From a virus (lineage: Duplodnaviria; Caudoviricetes), in the IMG/VR virus record IMGVR_UViG_3300042402_002325, positions 1-54,917 of that record: 54,917 nt of DNA; one strand, 5' to 3'. Shown in pieces: positions 8,558 to 18,686 of the stretch; position 1 is the first letter of the stretch; every line of letters begins with the position of its first letter. The notes beneath the pieces were generated by a model. It searched no databases. It was not told where the DNA came from and was given only the letters and a program-made list of their open reading frames with translations. The position numbers were made by a program, and so were the translations under genes.

Positions 8558-9538
8558 ATGATAAAAGAAGGCGACTTTGTTATGGGCACAACATCTGAGG
8601 GTGTTGTACATGGTGTTGTAGAACACATTATGGTTGAGGGTGGGGTATACGGAGTTCCTGGAACAGAGTATGCAATTCAGTCTATGCCACCAGAAAATCC
8701 AGCAATGGCTGTTAGAATTTATGAAGAAAAAGATGGTAAGTGGGAGCCAACCGCATACAGTATTGGTATGATGTATCAGGATGCAACTATAGTAGATATG
8801 GAAAATCATACAATGGATTCAGAGGTAGAGATGGCTATGTACGACTCATCAATTGGCAAATCTCATTGTTGCCCAGCAGAGGCATCAATTGGCAAAGCAT
8901 ATCAAGGTTGTGGATGCGAAACATGCAAAGAGCTAAATGTTGATTGCCCAGACTGTCCAGTTTGTCAAGATGAGATGAACAAGAAAGCACCATGTTGGGA
9001 TGGATATGTACAACGTGGAATGAAGCCTGGAGAAGGCGGTAGGATGGTTCCTAACTGTGTTCCAGTAGAAAAAGCAGATGACTTATTTGAAGACGATGAC
9101 ACAGTTGAATATGATACAGATACAGTATCAAAAGCAGAAGGTTACTCACCACCTGCTGGTGCAAGATCTGCAGCTCGTAGAGCACTTAAGTTTAAAGAAG
9201 ATGGCAAAGCAACTGGTGCAGGAACTGCAGTTGGTTGGACTCGTGCAGGGCAGTTAGCAAGAGGAGAAACAATATCTCTTAGCACTGTTAAAAGAATGTA
9301 CTCATACTTCTCACGCCATGAAGTAGATAAGAAGGGTAAGGACTGGGGCAACTCAGCAAACCCATCTAACGGATACATCATGTGGCTTGCATGGGGTGGC
9401 GACGCAGGTTACTCATGGTCAAGAAGAATTGCTAACCGTGAAAGAGATAAGTCATTATTTTCTGATTTTGGTAAAGACTATACAAACTCTCAATCATTGA
9501 CACACATATTTAAACCACAAGAAAATGGTAACTATTAA
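8558..9538 (+). CDS. mosaic putative head-associated protein
   Basis: CWDGY..GMK..VPNCVP motif and C-terminal RM-SYF-RH...WGGDAG domain of the kind seen in phage head/portal-associated proteins. Confidence 0.65.
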   Translation: MIKEGDFVMGTTSEGVVHGVVEHIMVEGGVYGVPGTEYAIQSMPPENPAMAVRIYEEKDGKWEPTAYSIGMMYQDATIVDMENHTMDSEVEMAMYDSSIGKSHCCPAEASIGKAYQGCGCETCKELNVDCPDCPVCQDEMNKKAPCWDGYVQRGMKPGEGGRMVPNCVPVEKADDLFEDDDTVEYDTDTVSKAEGYSPPAGARSAARRALKFKEDGKATGAGTAVGWTRAGQLARGETISLSTVKRMYSYFSRHEVDKKGKDWGNSANPSNGYIMWLAWGGDAGYSWSRRIANRERDKSLFSDFGKDYTNSQSLTHIFKPQENGNY

Positions 9539-9672
9539 TGCCAAAGAAGAAGGCTGGATCATTTAATCCAACACAAATTAAAAATGGCAAGATTGTTCGT
9601 TTAAATAAAAACGGTACAATTAAATCTATTATTGATAACTATACTGTTAAGCATCCTAAAAAGGAAAGCTAA
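9538..9672 (+). CDS. 44-aa basic protein (MPKKKAGSFNPTQIKNG...)
   Basis: Fills the gap exactly, with TAATG overlaps at both ends. Confidence 0.65.
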   Translation: MPKKKAGSFNPTQIKNGKIVRLNKNGTIKSIIDNYTVKHPKKES

Positions 9673-10091
9673 TGATTGAGTTATTAGCTATCAGCTTGAC
9701 ATTGATAGCAGCATGCTCTATAATTATAGTAGCGGTAAAAAGGAATAAAAAGCATTTTGCTAAGATAGTATATACACAAAGTGATATACACATGATAGTA
9801 AAACATTTTGTTCCAAAAGATCTTTTTGATGAACCTAAGCGTCCTTCACAGGCTAGAAAGCATTTGAAGAACAATAGCGTTAGGGTTCTTATGATTGAGG
9901 ATCATGCATATTGGGTACATAACAATATGTTTTATGTGGCTGACACTGATGATGGGTTAGTAAATCCAGAGACAGTTAGGCCAGTAGATACAAACAATAT
10001 GTCAAATAGGGATATTGATAAGATGCTATTCATTTTGGATAGTTTAAAGGATGGAAATTCTGATGATAGTAGCGGTGCATGGAACAACTGA
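9672..10091 (+). CDS. membrane-anchored hypothetical protein
   Basis: N-terminal TM helix; operon position. Confidence 0.7.
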   Translation: MIELLAISLTLIAACSIIIVAVKRNKKHFAKIVYTQSDIHMIVKHFVPKDLFDEPKRPSQARKHLKNNSVRVLMIEDHAYWVHNNMFYVADTDDGLVNPETVRPVDTNNMSNRDIDKMLFILDSLKDGNSDDSSGAWNN

Positions 10092-10413
10092 CTTTGATGA
10101 TTATCAAGTCTTTCTTCGTGCGATGGGGGTTGCTCTTTCTGGAATGCAAGATGGAGATAAAGAGTTTGTAGTTTACTCAGCAGGACCTGCTGCTGTTAAC
10201 TCTTTTGTATCTGAGTTTTGTAACCTTTCTGAAAGAGGTATGAAGTCTCGTGGAAGAAAGATTAAATTTGTACAGGTGCCTACTTGGTACATTGAAGAAA
10301 ATATTAAAAGTGTAAACTATCTTGCTTTTCTTAGCAAGCCTAAGCAGCCTGTATCAAAACTTGTTGCAACTGCTGAAAAAAATAATGTTGAAGTTGGAAT
10401 TTTCCGATACTAA
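10051..10413 (+). CDS. hypothetical protein, possibly YspA/SLOG-like fold
   Basis: IVAVHGTTDFDDY N-terminus resembles SLOG proteins; start may be 10063. Confidence 0.55.
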   Translation: MEILMIVAVHGTTDFDDYQVFLRAMGVALSGMQDGDKEFVVYSAGPAAVNSFVSEFCNLSERGMKSRGRKIKFVQVPTWYIEENIKSVNYLAFLSKPKQPVSKLVATAEKNNVEVGIFRY

Positions 10414-10424
10414 AAGGGGTAAAG

Positions 10425-10634
10425 ATGATAGTAAATAATTTAGAAACAATGGAAAAAATTGTAGCCAAGAACTACAATCTTCATTGGAATGGCTGGACAG
10501 TTGTTGAAACAAAACAGTCTGATATGGCTAAAACAGCAATTAATGGAATCTATCGTAATGGTAAGTGGTTTTTAGCTAAGAACTTTGTACCTGATCGTAA
10601 TGGGTGGGATATTCCAAATAGATATAAGGTATAA
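10425..10634 (+). CDS. hypothetical protein
   Basis: GGGG RBS; operon position. Confidence 0.7.
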   Translation: MIVNNLETMEKIVAKNYNLHWNGWTVVETKQSDMAKTAINGIYRNGKWFLAKNFVPDRNGWDIPNRYKV

Positions 10635-10636
10635 AT

Positions 10637-10924
10637 ATGAAACAACACTTATGGAAAGATGAAGGACGTTGTTTTGATTCAGATACCAATTTATTTTTTG
10701 ACAAATATGAAGAAGATGAATCTCTAAGACCAAAAATAGATTCTTTATGCCAATCTTGCCCAGTTCAAAGAACATGCTTTGCTAATGGTATATCTGGAAA
10801 AGAGTGGGGTGTTTGGGGCGGTATATATCTAGAAAATGGAGAAATATCTAGAGAGTTTAGCAGACATAGGAGCAAGGAGAAGTGGGGTGAAATGTGGAAA
10901 AATCTAACAATGGAAAAGAAGTAA
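10637..10924 (+). CDS. whiB: WhiB-family Fe-S transcription factor
   Basis: C...LFF...CQSCPVQRTC...WGVWGG. Confidence 0.9.
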   Translation: MKQHLWKDEGRCFDSDTNLFFDKYEEDESLRPKIDSLCQSCPVQRTCFANGISGKEWGVWGGIYLENGEISREFSRHRSKEKWGEMWKNLTMEKK

Positions 10925-11199
10925 CCAGCTTTGAATCAATATGCTCAATACTTGGAGACCTTTGGATGGACTACAAGTCAGACAAATATTTTAAAGATTT
11001 TATTGAGTACAACGATATTGGTCTGCCAATTGCATTTTTAGTTGACAACGAACTTGTAGAGCCAAGTAAGCTTGCAACTCAGTATGTTTATGAGACATGG
11101 GACATATTTCTTGCAGCATTAGAAATAAAAGAAGATATTGGCTGGCAGTCACTTGAAGAAGTGTTTAACTTTGTAGATGATGAAAAAAAGGATTTCTAA
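10894..11199 (+). CDS. hypothetical protein
   Basis: Operon ORF. Confidence 0.65.
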   Translation: MEKSNNGKEVTSFESICSILGDLWMDYKSDKYFKDFIEYNDIGLPIAFLVDNELVEPSKLATQYVYETWDIFLAALEIKEDIGWQSLEEVFNFVDDEKKDF

Positions 11200-11429
11200 T
11201 GTATACAGATTCAATGCGTAGAGCCTTTCATTCTATCGTTGCACCTAAAGGCTTTGCTGTTAATTTAATAGACAATGAACACTTTCTTACCATTAAGCTT
11301 AATGAGTATGATTTTATTCCAATGACTCATGACGAAAAAATAAAAGCTTTACAGTATGTAGTTCAGTTAAAAAGTGCGCTAGAGATGGAAGGCGCAATTG
11401 TTTTAGTATCTAGGGAAGCGGTAAAATAA
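11199..11429 (+). CDS. hypothetical protein
   Basis: TAATG coupling to upstream gene. Confidence 0.7.
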   Translation: MYTDSMRRAFHSIVAPKGFAVNLIDNEHFLTIKLNEYDFIPMTHDEKIKALQYVVQLKSALEMEGAIVLVSREAVK

Positions 11430-11840
11430 ATGGATCTATTCATGGTTATATCTGGAGCAATTATTTTTATTGTCTCATCAATTGCAATTTATATGACTCT
11501 AAAGGTTATTACTTTAACACAAAGAGTTAAGATGTTGGCTATATCTTTAGTAAAAGTTGAAGATGTATTTAATAGTACCAAACAGGAAGAATCTCAAAGC
11601 GATGTTCATAAAGAAAACTTTATTAAATTTTTATCTGATTCTCGTGATTGGGCATATGAATATATTGAGGATGTTCAGTCTGGTCTTAAAAAGTTTGTTA
11701 ATGAAATTGAGCCAGAGATTGCATACTTTGATGAATATGGGTTAGTAGGAGATGCTTATCCACACTATCACTCAATGAAAAAAATATCACAAGAGTATAA
11801 AGAATTAAAAAAGCTATTGCCAGAGGATGAATCTTCTTGA
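11430..11840 (+). CDS. membrane-anchored hypothetical protein
   Basis: N-terminal TM helix; abuts upstream gene. Confidence 0.7.
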   Translation: MDLFMVISGAIIFIVSSIAIYMTLKVITLTQRVKMLAISLVKVEDVFNSTKQEESQSDVHKENFIKFLSDSRDWAYEYIEDVQSGLKKFVNEIEPEIAYFDEYGLVGDAYPHYHSMKKISQEYKELKKLLPEDESS

Positions 11841-12595
11841 ACATATACTGGTTTCAAAGACAAGATAAGTTTGACTTTAAAAGTTTATCTGAGGTTTTAG
11901 AAAAGTCTGGATTTACTGGAATTCTTTTTGCTTGGTCCTCATTTGGTGAAGACTACTTTACACATATTGCAAACAAGATAGATCCACAAACAAAAATAAA
12001 GTATATGGTTGCTATAAGACCATATACAGTATCTCCTCAGTATTTGTCTAGAACCTACAGATCAATGAATAATATATCAGAGAACAGAATTCTTGTTAAC
12101 TTCGTATCTGGTTGGGTATATGATGAGGAAAAAAAAGTTGGTGGAATTTTAAACAGCGTTAATGATATGTCATCAAGCATAGATAGATCATCCTACCTAA
12201 TAGAGTATATAAAAACTTTAAATGAGGTAAAAAAAATACTGCCTGATTTTTATATATCAGTAACAAATGAGTTTGTTTTTAATGCTTCTGCAAACAATAA
12301 ATGTATAATCCCTTATTCTTGGTACAAGATAAATAAATTTAATCTAGAACCAACTAGATCAATGATACATATTTCTCCAATAATTAGAGAAAGTCAAGAA
12401 GAGATAGATAGCATTGACAAGTCTGGGTGGCCACAAGATATAGAATTTTTTACAAAAAGCCAATTCAAAGAGTTCTTTTATGGCTTAGAAAGAAAGAATT
12501 TTGATGGTATTTTGATATCTAATAATCTAAGTCAGCATGAAACAAACAACATTGTAAATATTATTAAGGAAATTACTGAAGAAAGTATGAGATAA
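11837..12595 (+). CDS. luciferase-like (LLM/SsuD-like) flavin monooxygenase-like protein
   Basis: E.SGF.GIL...KYMVAIRPYTVSPQYL...RILVNFVSG. Confidence 0.65.
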   Translation: MNIYWFQRQDKFDFKSLSEVLEKSGFTGILFAWSSFGEDYFTHIANKIDPQTKIKYMVAIRPYTVSPQYLSRTYRSMNNISENRILVNFVSGWVYDEEKKVGGILNSVNDMSSSIDRSSYLIEYIKTLNEVKKILPDFYISVTNEFVFNASANNKCIIPYSWYKINKFNLEPTRSMIHISPIIRESQEEIDSIDKSGWPQDIEFFTKSQFKEFFYGLERKNFDGILISNNLSQHETNNIVNIIKEITEESMR

Positions 12596-12601
12596 TAAAG
12601 T

Positions 12602-13483
12602 ATGGAGTTTTATTATTTTGGTGGCAACTTTGATGGCGGACAGATATCAAGGTTAGAAAAAAACAATTTTGCAGGAGTTATGTTTACATACGACTCTACA
12701 CAGGGAGATATGTTTGTTAGAGTTGCCAAGGACATTAAGCTAGAAGAAAACATAAAGTATTTAATAGCTATTAGACCTTACACAATTTCTCCTCAATATC
12801 TTTGCATGATAAATCAATCAATCAATGAAATAGACAGCGGTAGATTGCAAATAAACTTGATATCTGGATATATAAAAGATCATGAATTAGAGTTTGGTGG
12901 GATTATTGGAAACGTAAATGACTCATCAAGTAGAATTGAAAGATCAAACTACATGATTGACTATGTTAATTCTTTAAATACAATGCCAGGTAATTCAGAA
13001 AATAATCTAGATTTTTATGTTTCAACTACAAACGAATACATGTTTGATGTAGTTAAAAAGAATAGTAATAAAATAATATTGCCATATAGGGATTATAGAA
13101 ATGGATTCTGGACAATCATAAATGAACATGGTGGTCAGTCCTTAAGTGATGTTTCTTTTGATTTAAGTGGTATGAATGTTATGGTAGCCCTCACTCCGAT
13201 AATAAGAAAAACACAAGAAGATCTAAACTCTTTAAAAGATTATGCATTAAGGCCAGTGTGGAAAAAGGGAGAAAAATCAGCAGAAGTTACTGATGTTGGA
13301 TACTTTACCTATGAACAATTTGATGATTTAGTTGTTGAGCTTGAAAGTAAAGGAATTAATCAGCTGTTAATTAACGGTTGGCCTATGGAAGAAAGAGAAA
13401 TAATTATTAAATTTATTAAAGAATACACAGAATTGAAGGGGTATAAAAATAAACCTTCATTAGAAAACAACCTAGGAGAATAA
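12602..13483 (+). CDS. luciferase-like (LLM/SsuD-like) protein, paralog
   Basis: KYLIAIRPYTISPQYL...GRLQINLISG. Confidence 0.65.
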   Translation: MEFYYFGGNFDGGQISRLEKNNFAGVMFTYDSTQGDMFVRVAKDIKLEENIKYLIAIRPYTISPQYLCMINQSINEIDSGRLQINLISGYIKDHELEFGGIIGNVNDSSSRIERSNYMIDYVNSLNTMPGNSENNLDFYVSTTNEYMFDVVKKNSNKIILPYRDYRNGFWTIINEHGGQSLSDVSFDLSGMNVMVALTPIIRKTQEDLNSLKDYALRPVWKKGEKSAEVTDVGYFTYEQFDDLVVELESKGINQLLINGWPMEEREIIIKFIKEYTELKGYKNKPSLENNLGE

Positions 13484-13484
13484 A

Positions 13485-13784
13485 ATGAATACAGAACAAC
13501 TAAAGGCACTGCTATCTTCATATGGAAGATCAGTACTTGCATCAGGTCTTGCCCTATACATGGCAGGAGTTACAGATCCAAAGGATCTATGGACAGCACT
13601 TGTTGCTGCAATTGCACCAGTTGCAATTAGAGCACTTAACCCTAATGACAAGGCGTTTGGTATCTTGCCAGATGCTAAGGACGTAGAGAAGGCTTTAAAG
13701 TCTGCTAAGGCACCTGCAAAGAAGACTGCCAAAGCACCTGCCAAGAAGTCATCTGGTAGCGGTAAGAATAATCAAGTAGCATAA
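13485..13784 (+). CDS. putative holin
   Basis: Two TM helices, RALNP.D..FG motif, basic tail; AGGAG RBS. Confidence 0.6.
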   Translation: MNTEQLKALLSSYGRSVLASGLALYMAGVTDPKDLWTALVAAIAPVAIRALNPNDKAFGILPDAKDVEKALKSAKAPAKKTAKAPAKKSSGSGKNNQVA

Positions 13785-13793
13785 AGTATAATA

Positions 13794-13829
13794 GGCAGGG
13801 GGTCAGACTAATACTCTGGCCCCTTTGCC
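13794..13829 (+). other. GC-rich intergenic hairpin
   Basis: GGCAGGGGGTCAGA / TCTGGCCCCTTTGCC; no U-tail. Confidence 0.5.
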
Positions 13830-13847
13830 GTGATCATAAAGGAATAT

Positions 13848-14534
13848 ATGTCAAAGACAGCGTTAATTATGTGTACTTATATTAGGTTTGAGAACCTAAA
13901 GACTACCTTTGACTGTATCAGAAAACAAACAAACCAAGACTTTGATTTTTACATAGTTGATAATTCTAATAGAAATGAAAAATTGTTAGGTTATATTAAA
14001 AAATTTGGTAAAGGAGTTGATGTAACTGTACATAACTACCAGAATGAATTTAAACAATTTGCCAGATTCTTAATGGCAAGAGAGTTAGCTCAACAAGGAT
14101 ATGAAAAGATAATCTTTATTGATGATGATGAGATTATTCCGAATACATTTATACAGGAATGTCATGATCAATATGAAGAAAATTCTGTTAAAACATTTTG
14201 GGCTCATTTTGTAGATAAAGTATATAATAATAAGATAAAGTTAGAAAATAATGAAATAGGAAATTATGCAGGAACAGGTGGATTAATATGTCATTCAAGC
14301 TTATTTCTTAATGATGACTTTTTTGATTGTCCTGAGCAGTACTGGATTATTGATGATCTTTGGCTATCGTTTTACATATTAACAAACACAGAGCTTCAAA
14401 TTAAAAATCTTAAAACAAATATACACTTTATAAAAGACAACAAGGCAACTTTTATGACTCTTGGTAATTTAAAGCAAAAGTTCTGTGATGAGTTTATTCT
14501 TCCAGTCTCTAAGTCTTTAGGTTTAAAGATTTAA
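13848..14534 (+). CDS. GT-A fold glycosyltransferase (GT2-like)
   Basis: IMCTY.R, IVDN, IFIDDD, DDLWLS. Confidence 0.8.
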   Translation: MSKTALIMCTYIRFENLKTTFDCIRKQTNQDFDFYIVDNSNRNEKLLGYIKKFGKGVDVTVHNYQNEFKQFARFLMARELAQQGYEKIIFIDDDEIIPNTFIQECHDQYEENSVKTFWAHFVDKVYNNKIKLENNEIGNYAGTGGLICHSSLFLNDDFFDCPEQYWIIDDLWLSFYILTNTELQIKNLKTNIHFIKDNKATFMTLGNLKQKFCDEFILPVSKSLGLKI

Positions 14535-15557
14535 CAAGTCTTTATATTTTTCATATAAAGCATTATTAGAAAAATTATTAAATCCAATATCAAAAGCATT
14601 AGACTTAGCGGTAGATATATCACTATCATAATAATGATCAATTAAACTAGCAAGCATCTTGGCATCACCTTCATAAATATCAAGCATTGTACGAGTCATT
14701 AGCCTATCAGTCTTTACAGAATCCACCAGCCATTCTTTTGGAAGTATGCTGTTGTTAGGAGATATGTTGGTCATAAAAACGGGTAGAGAGCTTAATAGAG
14801 CCTCATTCATAGGCAAACATAGTCCAGCATATCTTCTAGGCAGAACCATAGCGTCATAGCCCTCGTAAAGGCTCTCCCTGGTATCTGGACTAGAGGTATC
14901 AATGGTTAGTCTTGGATCATCACATTTTATTTCTAGTGGGGTTTGACTTTTAATTACCAGCTCATAATCAGCGTTAGAATAATTAAGCATCTCAATAACC
15001 GTATTGGTTCCATTCCTATCTTTTACTGCTGCCTTGCCACCAATATGTAATATCTTTTTGTGTGTTTTGGACATATTAATATTTTTTGCATTTGAAAATA
15101 AATCAACACTTGTTGGAGGTGGAAGGTGTATTATCTTTGCGCTGTCGCTAAATTTATTTACAACATCTTCAAAGTTCCATGTGCTAGGCGAAACCAGTAT
15201 GTCTGGTAGTTCAAGGTCTGGGTTTACTAAATAGTCTAAGAATTCATAGTTGTATTGAAGAATGGTTTTAACTTTTCTTTTTTTTGCTATAGAAACAAAT
15301 GAATTATTATAAAAAATTTCACAGCTAATTACCACATCCAAGCCATCCAAAAACTCATAAACTTCTTCTTTAGATGCCATCCCATGACTCGTTGTTAAAA
15401 CATTGTAGCCAGAGTACCATTCTGGGTGTTGTTTGTTTTCATTAAAATGTGATGAGTCAATAAGTAAAATCTTATTAGGATTAAGCATCTTAACTAATTC
15501 TCTAGTTTGATTACCCAATCCAGTGTTATCAGATCTTGCGATTATTCCTAATCTCAC
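14523..15557 (-). CDS. GT-B fold glycosyltransferase (GT4-like)
   Basis: TGLG, LVSPS, PRRYAGLCLPMNEAL..LPV. Confidence 0.8.
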   Translation of the reverse strand: MRLGIIARSDNTGLGNQTRELVKMLNPNKILLIDSSHFNENKQHPEWYSGYNVLTTSHGMASKEEVYEFLDGLDVVISCEIFYNNSFVSIAKKRKVKTILQYNYEFLDYLVNPDLELPDILVSPSTWNFEDVVNKFSDSAKIIHLPPPTSVDLFSNAKNINMSKTHKKILHIGGKAAVKDRNGTNTVIEMLNYSNADYELVIKSQTPLEIKCDDPRLTIDTSSPDTRESLYEGYDAMVLPRRYAGLCLPMNEALLSSLPVFMTNISPNNSILPKEWLVDSVKTDRLMTRTMLDIYEGDAKMLASLIDHYYDSDISTAKSNAFDIGFNNFSNNALYEKYKDLLNL

Positions 15558-16219
15558 AAGTCCATCTCTCTATATAACTGTCTTAATCCTTTTAGTGTTC
15601 CAATGTCCATATACTTACCACCAGGTTTGACTGCTCTAATGTTTCTGCCATCTAATATCCAGTCCTTTATTTGTTTGCCAGGGTGATCCAGTGTTGGATC
15701 TAAATATCTAATCATATTTTTTCTAAACAACATTGTCCCCCACATATCTGGGTAATCACAGTTATCTACTTTATCTTCAGAACCAATTACTTTATCTCCA
15801 GAAAGCAAGACCTGTCCAACACGACCTTTTATATCATCGCTGCATTCCCAAACACCTAAAACTAAATCAGCATTTGTTTGCTTCATCATTTCTTTATAAA
15901 TATTTACTTGGGCATTCAATATATAGGTATCTGGCATTCCAATTAGAACGGTATCATTTTGTTCGCCAATCATAAACTTGACGGCATCTGACATTGTTGA
16001 CGGTTCACGAACAATTAGTTTAACATTCATATCCATATTTTGTATAATAGGAACCCATTCAGCCCTAGTTGATATACGAACTTCATCACATACTTCTAGC
16101 ATTTGTTCTACATGCCACTGAAGCAATGATCTTTCATCAGAGATAGGCAAACAAAACTTTGGTATACCACCAATTCTAGATGCTTTTCCAGATGCTGGCA
16201 AAATCCCTATTATAGACAT
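15554..16219 (-). CDS. sugar-1-phosphate nucleotidyltransferase (RmlA-like)
   Basis: GILPASGKASRI..IPKFCLP; YMDIGT. Confidence 0.8.
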   Translation of the reverse strand: MSIIGILPASGKASRIGGIPKFCLPISDERSLLQWHVEQMLEVCDEVRISTRAEWVPIIQNMDMNVKLIVREPSTMSDAVKFMIGEQNDTVLIGMPDTYILNAQVNIYKEMMKQTNADLVLGVWECSDDIKGRVGQVLLSGDKVIGSEDKVDNCDYPDMWGTMLFRKNMIRYLDPTLDHPGKQIKDWILDGRNIRAVKPGGKYMDIGTLKGLRQLYREMDL

Positions 16220-17007
16220 TATTTTAAACCATACTTTTTCTTTAATGTTGCTATATCATTTACTGGCCAATAGTCTAAAGATTTTGTAGGATCGTTAAAT
16301 GGGTACTTATATTCTCCCCAACCTTCTCTTGTCCTATCCCCGCCCCACTTGGCCTTAAAGTAATCGTGAAGAGGTTCAATATTAATTCTTAGTCCGTCTA
16401 TTGTTGCACCGCCGTCTATTTGACATGTTACATCAACTTCTGCAGCAGGTGCGTTTATTCTCATTACATAACTTATAGGTGAATTAGGGTGTACAAACTG
16501 ACTACGCCAAGAAACTGCAACATCTGAATCAGGATTATCTATCACTTGTTCTTCAAGGATTCTGCACCTTTGATCCCAATCACAATCATCAAAATTATAT
16601 GGATAAAAATTTTCATCAAAATATCCAATTGCTTCAACTAATTTTTTGTTTATTCCAGCTAAATGCCATCCGTGTTGTGTCCTAAACATTAAACCATTAA
16701 AGCCATTAAGCATGTCAACTATATGAGAAAAGGGTTGATTAAACAACATTGAAGATGAAACAAAAAAGGTCCAGTCGTGATTCTTTTTTAACCCTATATT
16801 CCATGCTCTAGATAAACCAATATTTTCTGACTGATACTCTACTTGAAACCCATACTTCTTTTCAAATACTTCACACTCTCTATTACCACTATTATCTATA
16901 AGCAAAACATTTTTATCTCGTATAGATTCCATGCAGTTATATATTCTTTCTGTTACTCTATACACAGGGATACAAATTAAATAATCAATCTTAGTATCTG
17001 TTTGCAT
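16219..17007 (-). CDS. GT2-like glycosyltransferase
   Basis: ICIPVY, LIDNS, NIGLSRAWN, GYFDENFYP..FDDCD. Confidence 0.75.
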   Translation of the reverse strand: MQTDTKIDYLICIPVYRVTERIYNCMESIRDKNVLLIDNSGNRECEVFEKKYGFQVEYQSENIGLSRAWNIGLKKNHDWTFFVSSSMLFNQPFSHIVDMLNGFNGLMFRTQHGWHLAGINKKLVEAIGYFDENFYPYNFDDCDWDQRCRILEEQVIDNPDSDVAVSWRSQFVHPNSPISYVMRINAPAAEVDVTCQIDGGATIDGLRINIEPLHDYFKAKWGGDRTREGWGEYKYPFNDPTKSLDYWPVNDIATLKKKYGLK

Positions 17008-17686
17008 AAACGTATCCTCCTCTTTCAGGACTTCCTAAAATATCAATACCAAATTGTTTTGCAAGTTTTTCAATCATTTTTCCAAATCTTCCGTCAAAAG
17101 ACTTATCAAACTCAAGAACTATTCTATTGATCTTTGCTAAAGTTTCGTCTGGAGTATTTATAATAAGGTCAAACTCAGCACCTTCAATGTCAATCTTCAT
17201 AACATCAACCTCTTCAATATTATATTTTAAGAATAAAGACTCTAGTGTTATTGCTAAAACATCTGACTTATCTTCTTCTAGATCTACAATACTACTATTT
17301 CCACCACGATTGCTAATTGAAACCATTTCTTCTTTATGCCATATAGCGTTATTAATTACCACAATGCTTTCAGTAGGATTGTTTTGTATATTTTTGTTAA
17401 GAAGATGCAGATTGTTTGCCTGTGGCTCTACAGCATATACTTTAATTTTTTCAGAGTCGCTCCTATTTTTATTAAAATTATCTACAAAAATACTAACAGC
17501 TCCAATGTTTGCACCAACATCAACAAAAACACCAGCACCATTAAACTGTCCTTGATGTATTCTATAAACATTTTCTATCCATGTTTCGTTAACTACCTTA
17601 AAATCAAGGTTATGATCATAGCTGGGATCTTCTGCGCTTTCTCTTATTTCAAAGGTATAGTTGTCATGAGTTAATATAGATGTCAC
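16991..17686 (-). CDS. FkbM-family methyltransferase
   Basis: VDVGANIG, AVEP, KIDIEGAE; GTG start after GAGGAG. Confidence 0.9.
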   Translation of the reverse strand: MTSILTHDNYTFEIRESAEDPSYDHNLDFKVVNETWIENVYRIHQGQFNGAGVFVDVGANIGAVSIFVDNFNKNRSDSEKIKVYAVEPQANNLHLLNKNIQNNPTESIVVINNAIWHKEEMVSISNRGGNSSIVDLEEDKSDVLAITLESLFLKYNIEEVDVMKIDIEGAEFDLIINTPDETLAKINRIVLEFDKSFDGRFGKMIEKLAKQFGIDILGSPERGGYVYANRY

Positions 17687-18627
17687 AGTCCTAGCTCCTC
17701 TAGTATTTGTTGCCACCTATGTTTATATGTATAGTTATTCTTAACAAACTTGTGTCCTGCTAATCTAATCTTTTCACGTTCATCATCGTGTTTAATGTAA
17801 TAATCAATTAACTCTTGAAGTTGTTGAAAGTTTCCATACTCATAAAAAACAACATGCTCTTTATCTTTAAATTCATTTTCTAAACCATTAATATATGGAT
17901 GAATCAAGAATCCACCACGACCCAAAGTCTCATATATTCTGTCTGACCAGTAGTCAGGATATTTAAAGTCAATGCATAAGGTATCACCAACAACTACTTT
18001 GGTAGACCAGTAAAGCTTATTAAGGTTTATACCACGCACTGACTTAACTCCGCCATTACCGTAGTGTTCAAACCTATTACCGTACGAAGTGTCTAACCAA
18101 TCAATTAATTTTGAACGGTATGGCCATTCATCATGATACTTTTTGCTGCCAACAAATATAACATCGTGTTTTTTGGTAACGTCTCTAATAATACATTCAG
18201 GACCAAATACACCAGCAGGTAAGTAATGTCCTTTAACTTTGGTGTTTTGATTAAACCATTCAGACATTTTTTTATCAACAGTAAAGAAATGATCAATCAT
18301 TTTATATACAGGAAATGACTCTAGGTCTTTTTCTCTTTTAAGGCCAAACCATAGATCAAGGTGATATGTCATGCTTGTAATATTTAAATCTTTTAATGTC
18401 TCAAGCAGCTTTTCCATTGTTATTTTACCTGGTGTATTCCATCCATGCGTATGTATCCAAATAAATAAATCACTCTTTATACACTCAGATAAAATGTCTT
18501 CTGCTTTAGCATCAGACTCTTGCATTCTAATAACTCTGTGTCCTAAGCTTTCTAGTGAGTTTGCGTGATGAGACTCACTTGTGTAGTCAACACGGAAATT
18601 ACCCAAAAAAACTATATTTAACACCAT
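17683..18627 (-). CDS. CgeB-like GT-B glycosyltransferase
   Basis: DVIFVGS, SDRIYE..G.GGFL, R.KI..AG..V...TY..R. Confidence 0.8.
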   Translation of the reverse strand: MVLNIVFLGNFRVDYTSESHHANSLESLGHRVIRMQESDAKAEDILSECIKSDLFIWIHTHGWNTPGKITMEKLLETLKDLNITSMTYHLDLWFGLKREKDLESFPVYKMIDHFFTVDKKMSEWFNQNTKVKGHYLPAGVFGPECIIRDVTKKHDVIFVGSKKYHDEWPYRSKLIDWLDTSYGNRFEHYGNGGVKSVRGINLNKLYWSTKVVVGDTLCIDFKYPDYWSDRIYETLGRGGFLIHPYINGLENEFKDKEHVVFYEYGNFQQLQELIDYYIKHDDEREKIRLAGHKFVKNNYTYKHRWQQILEELGL

Positions 18628-18686
18628 GTCTCCTTTGTTTTAAGCCCAATTCTATTATACACCATGGAGTCTGGTATACTAGTTTT

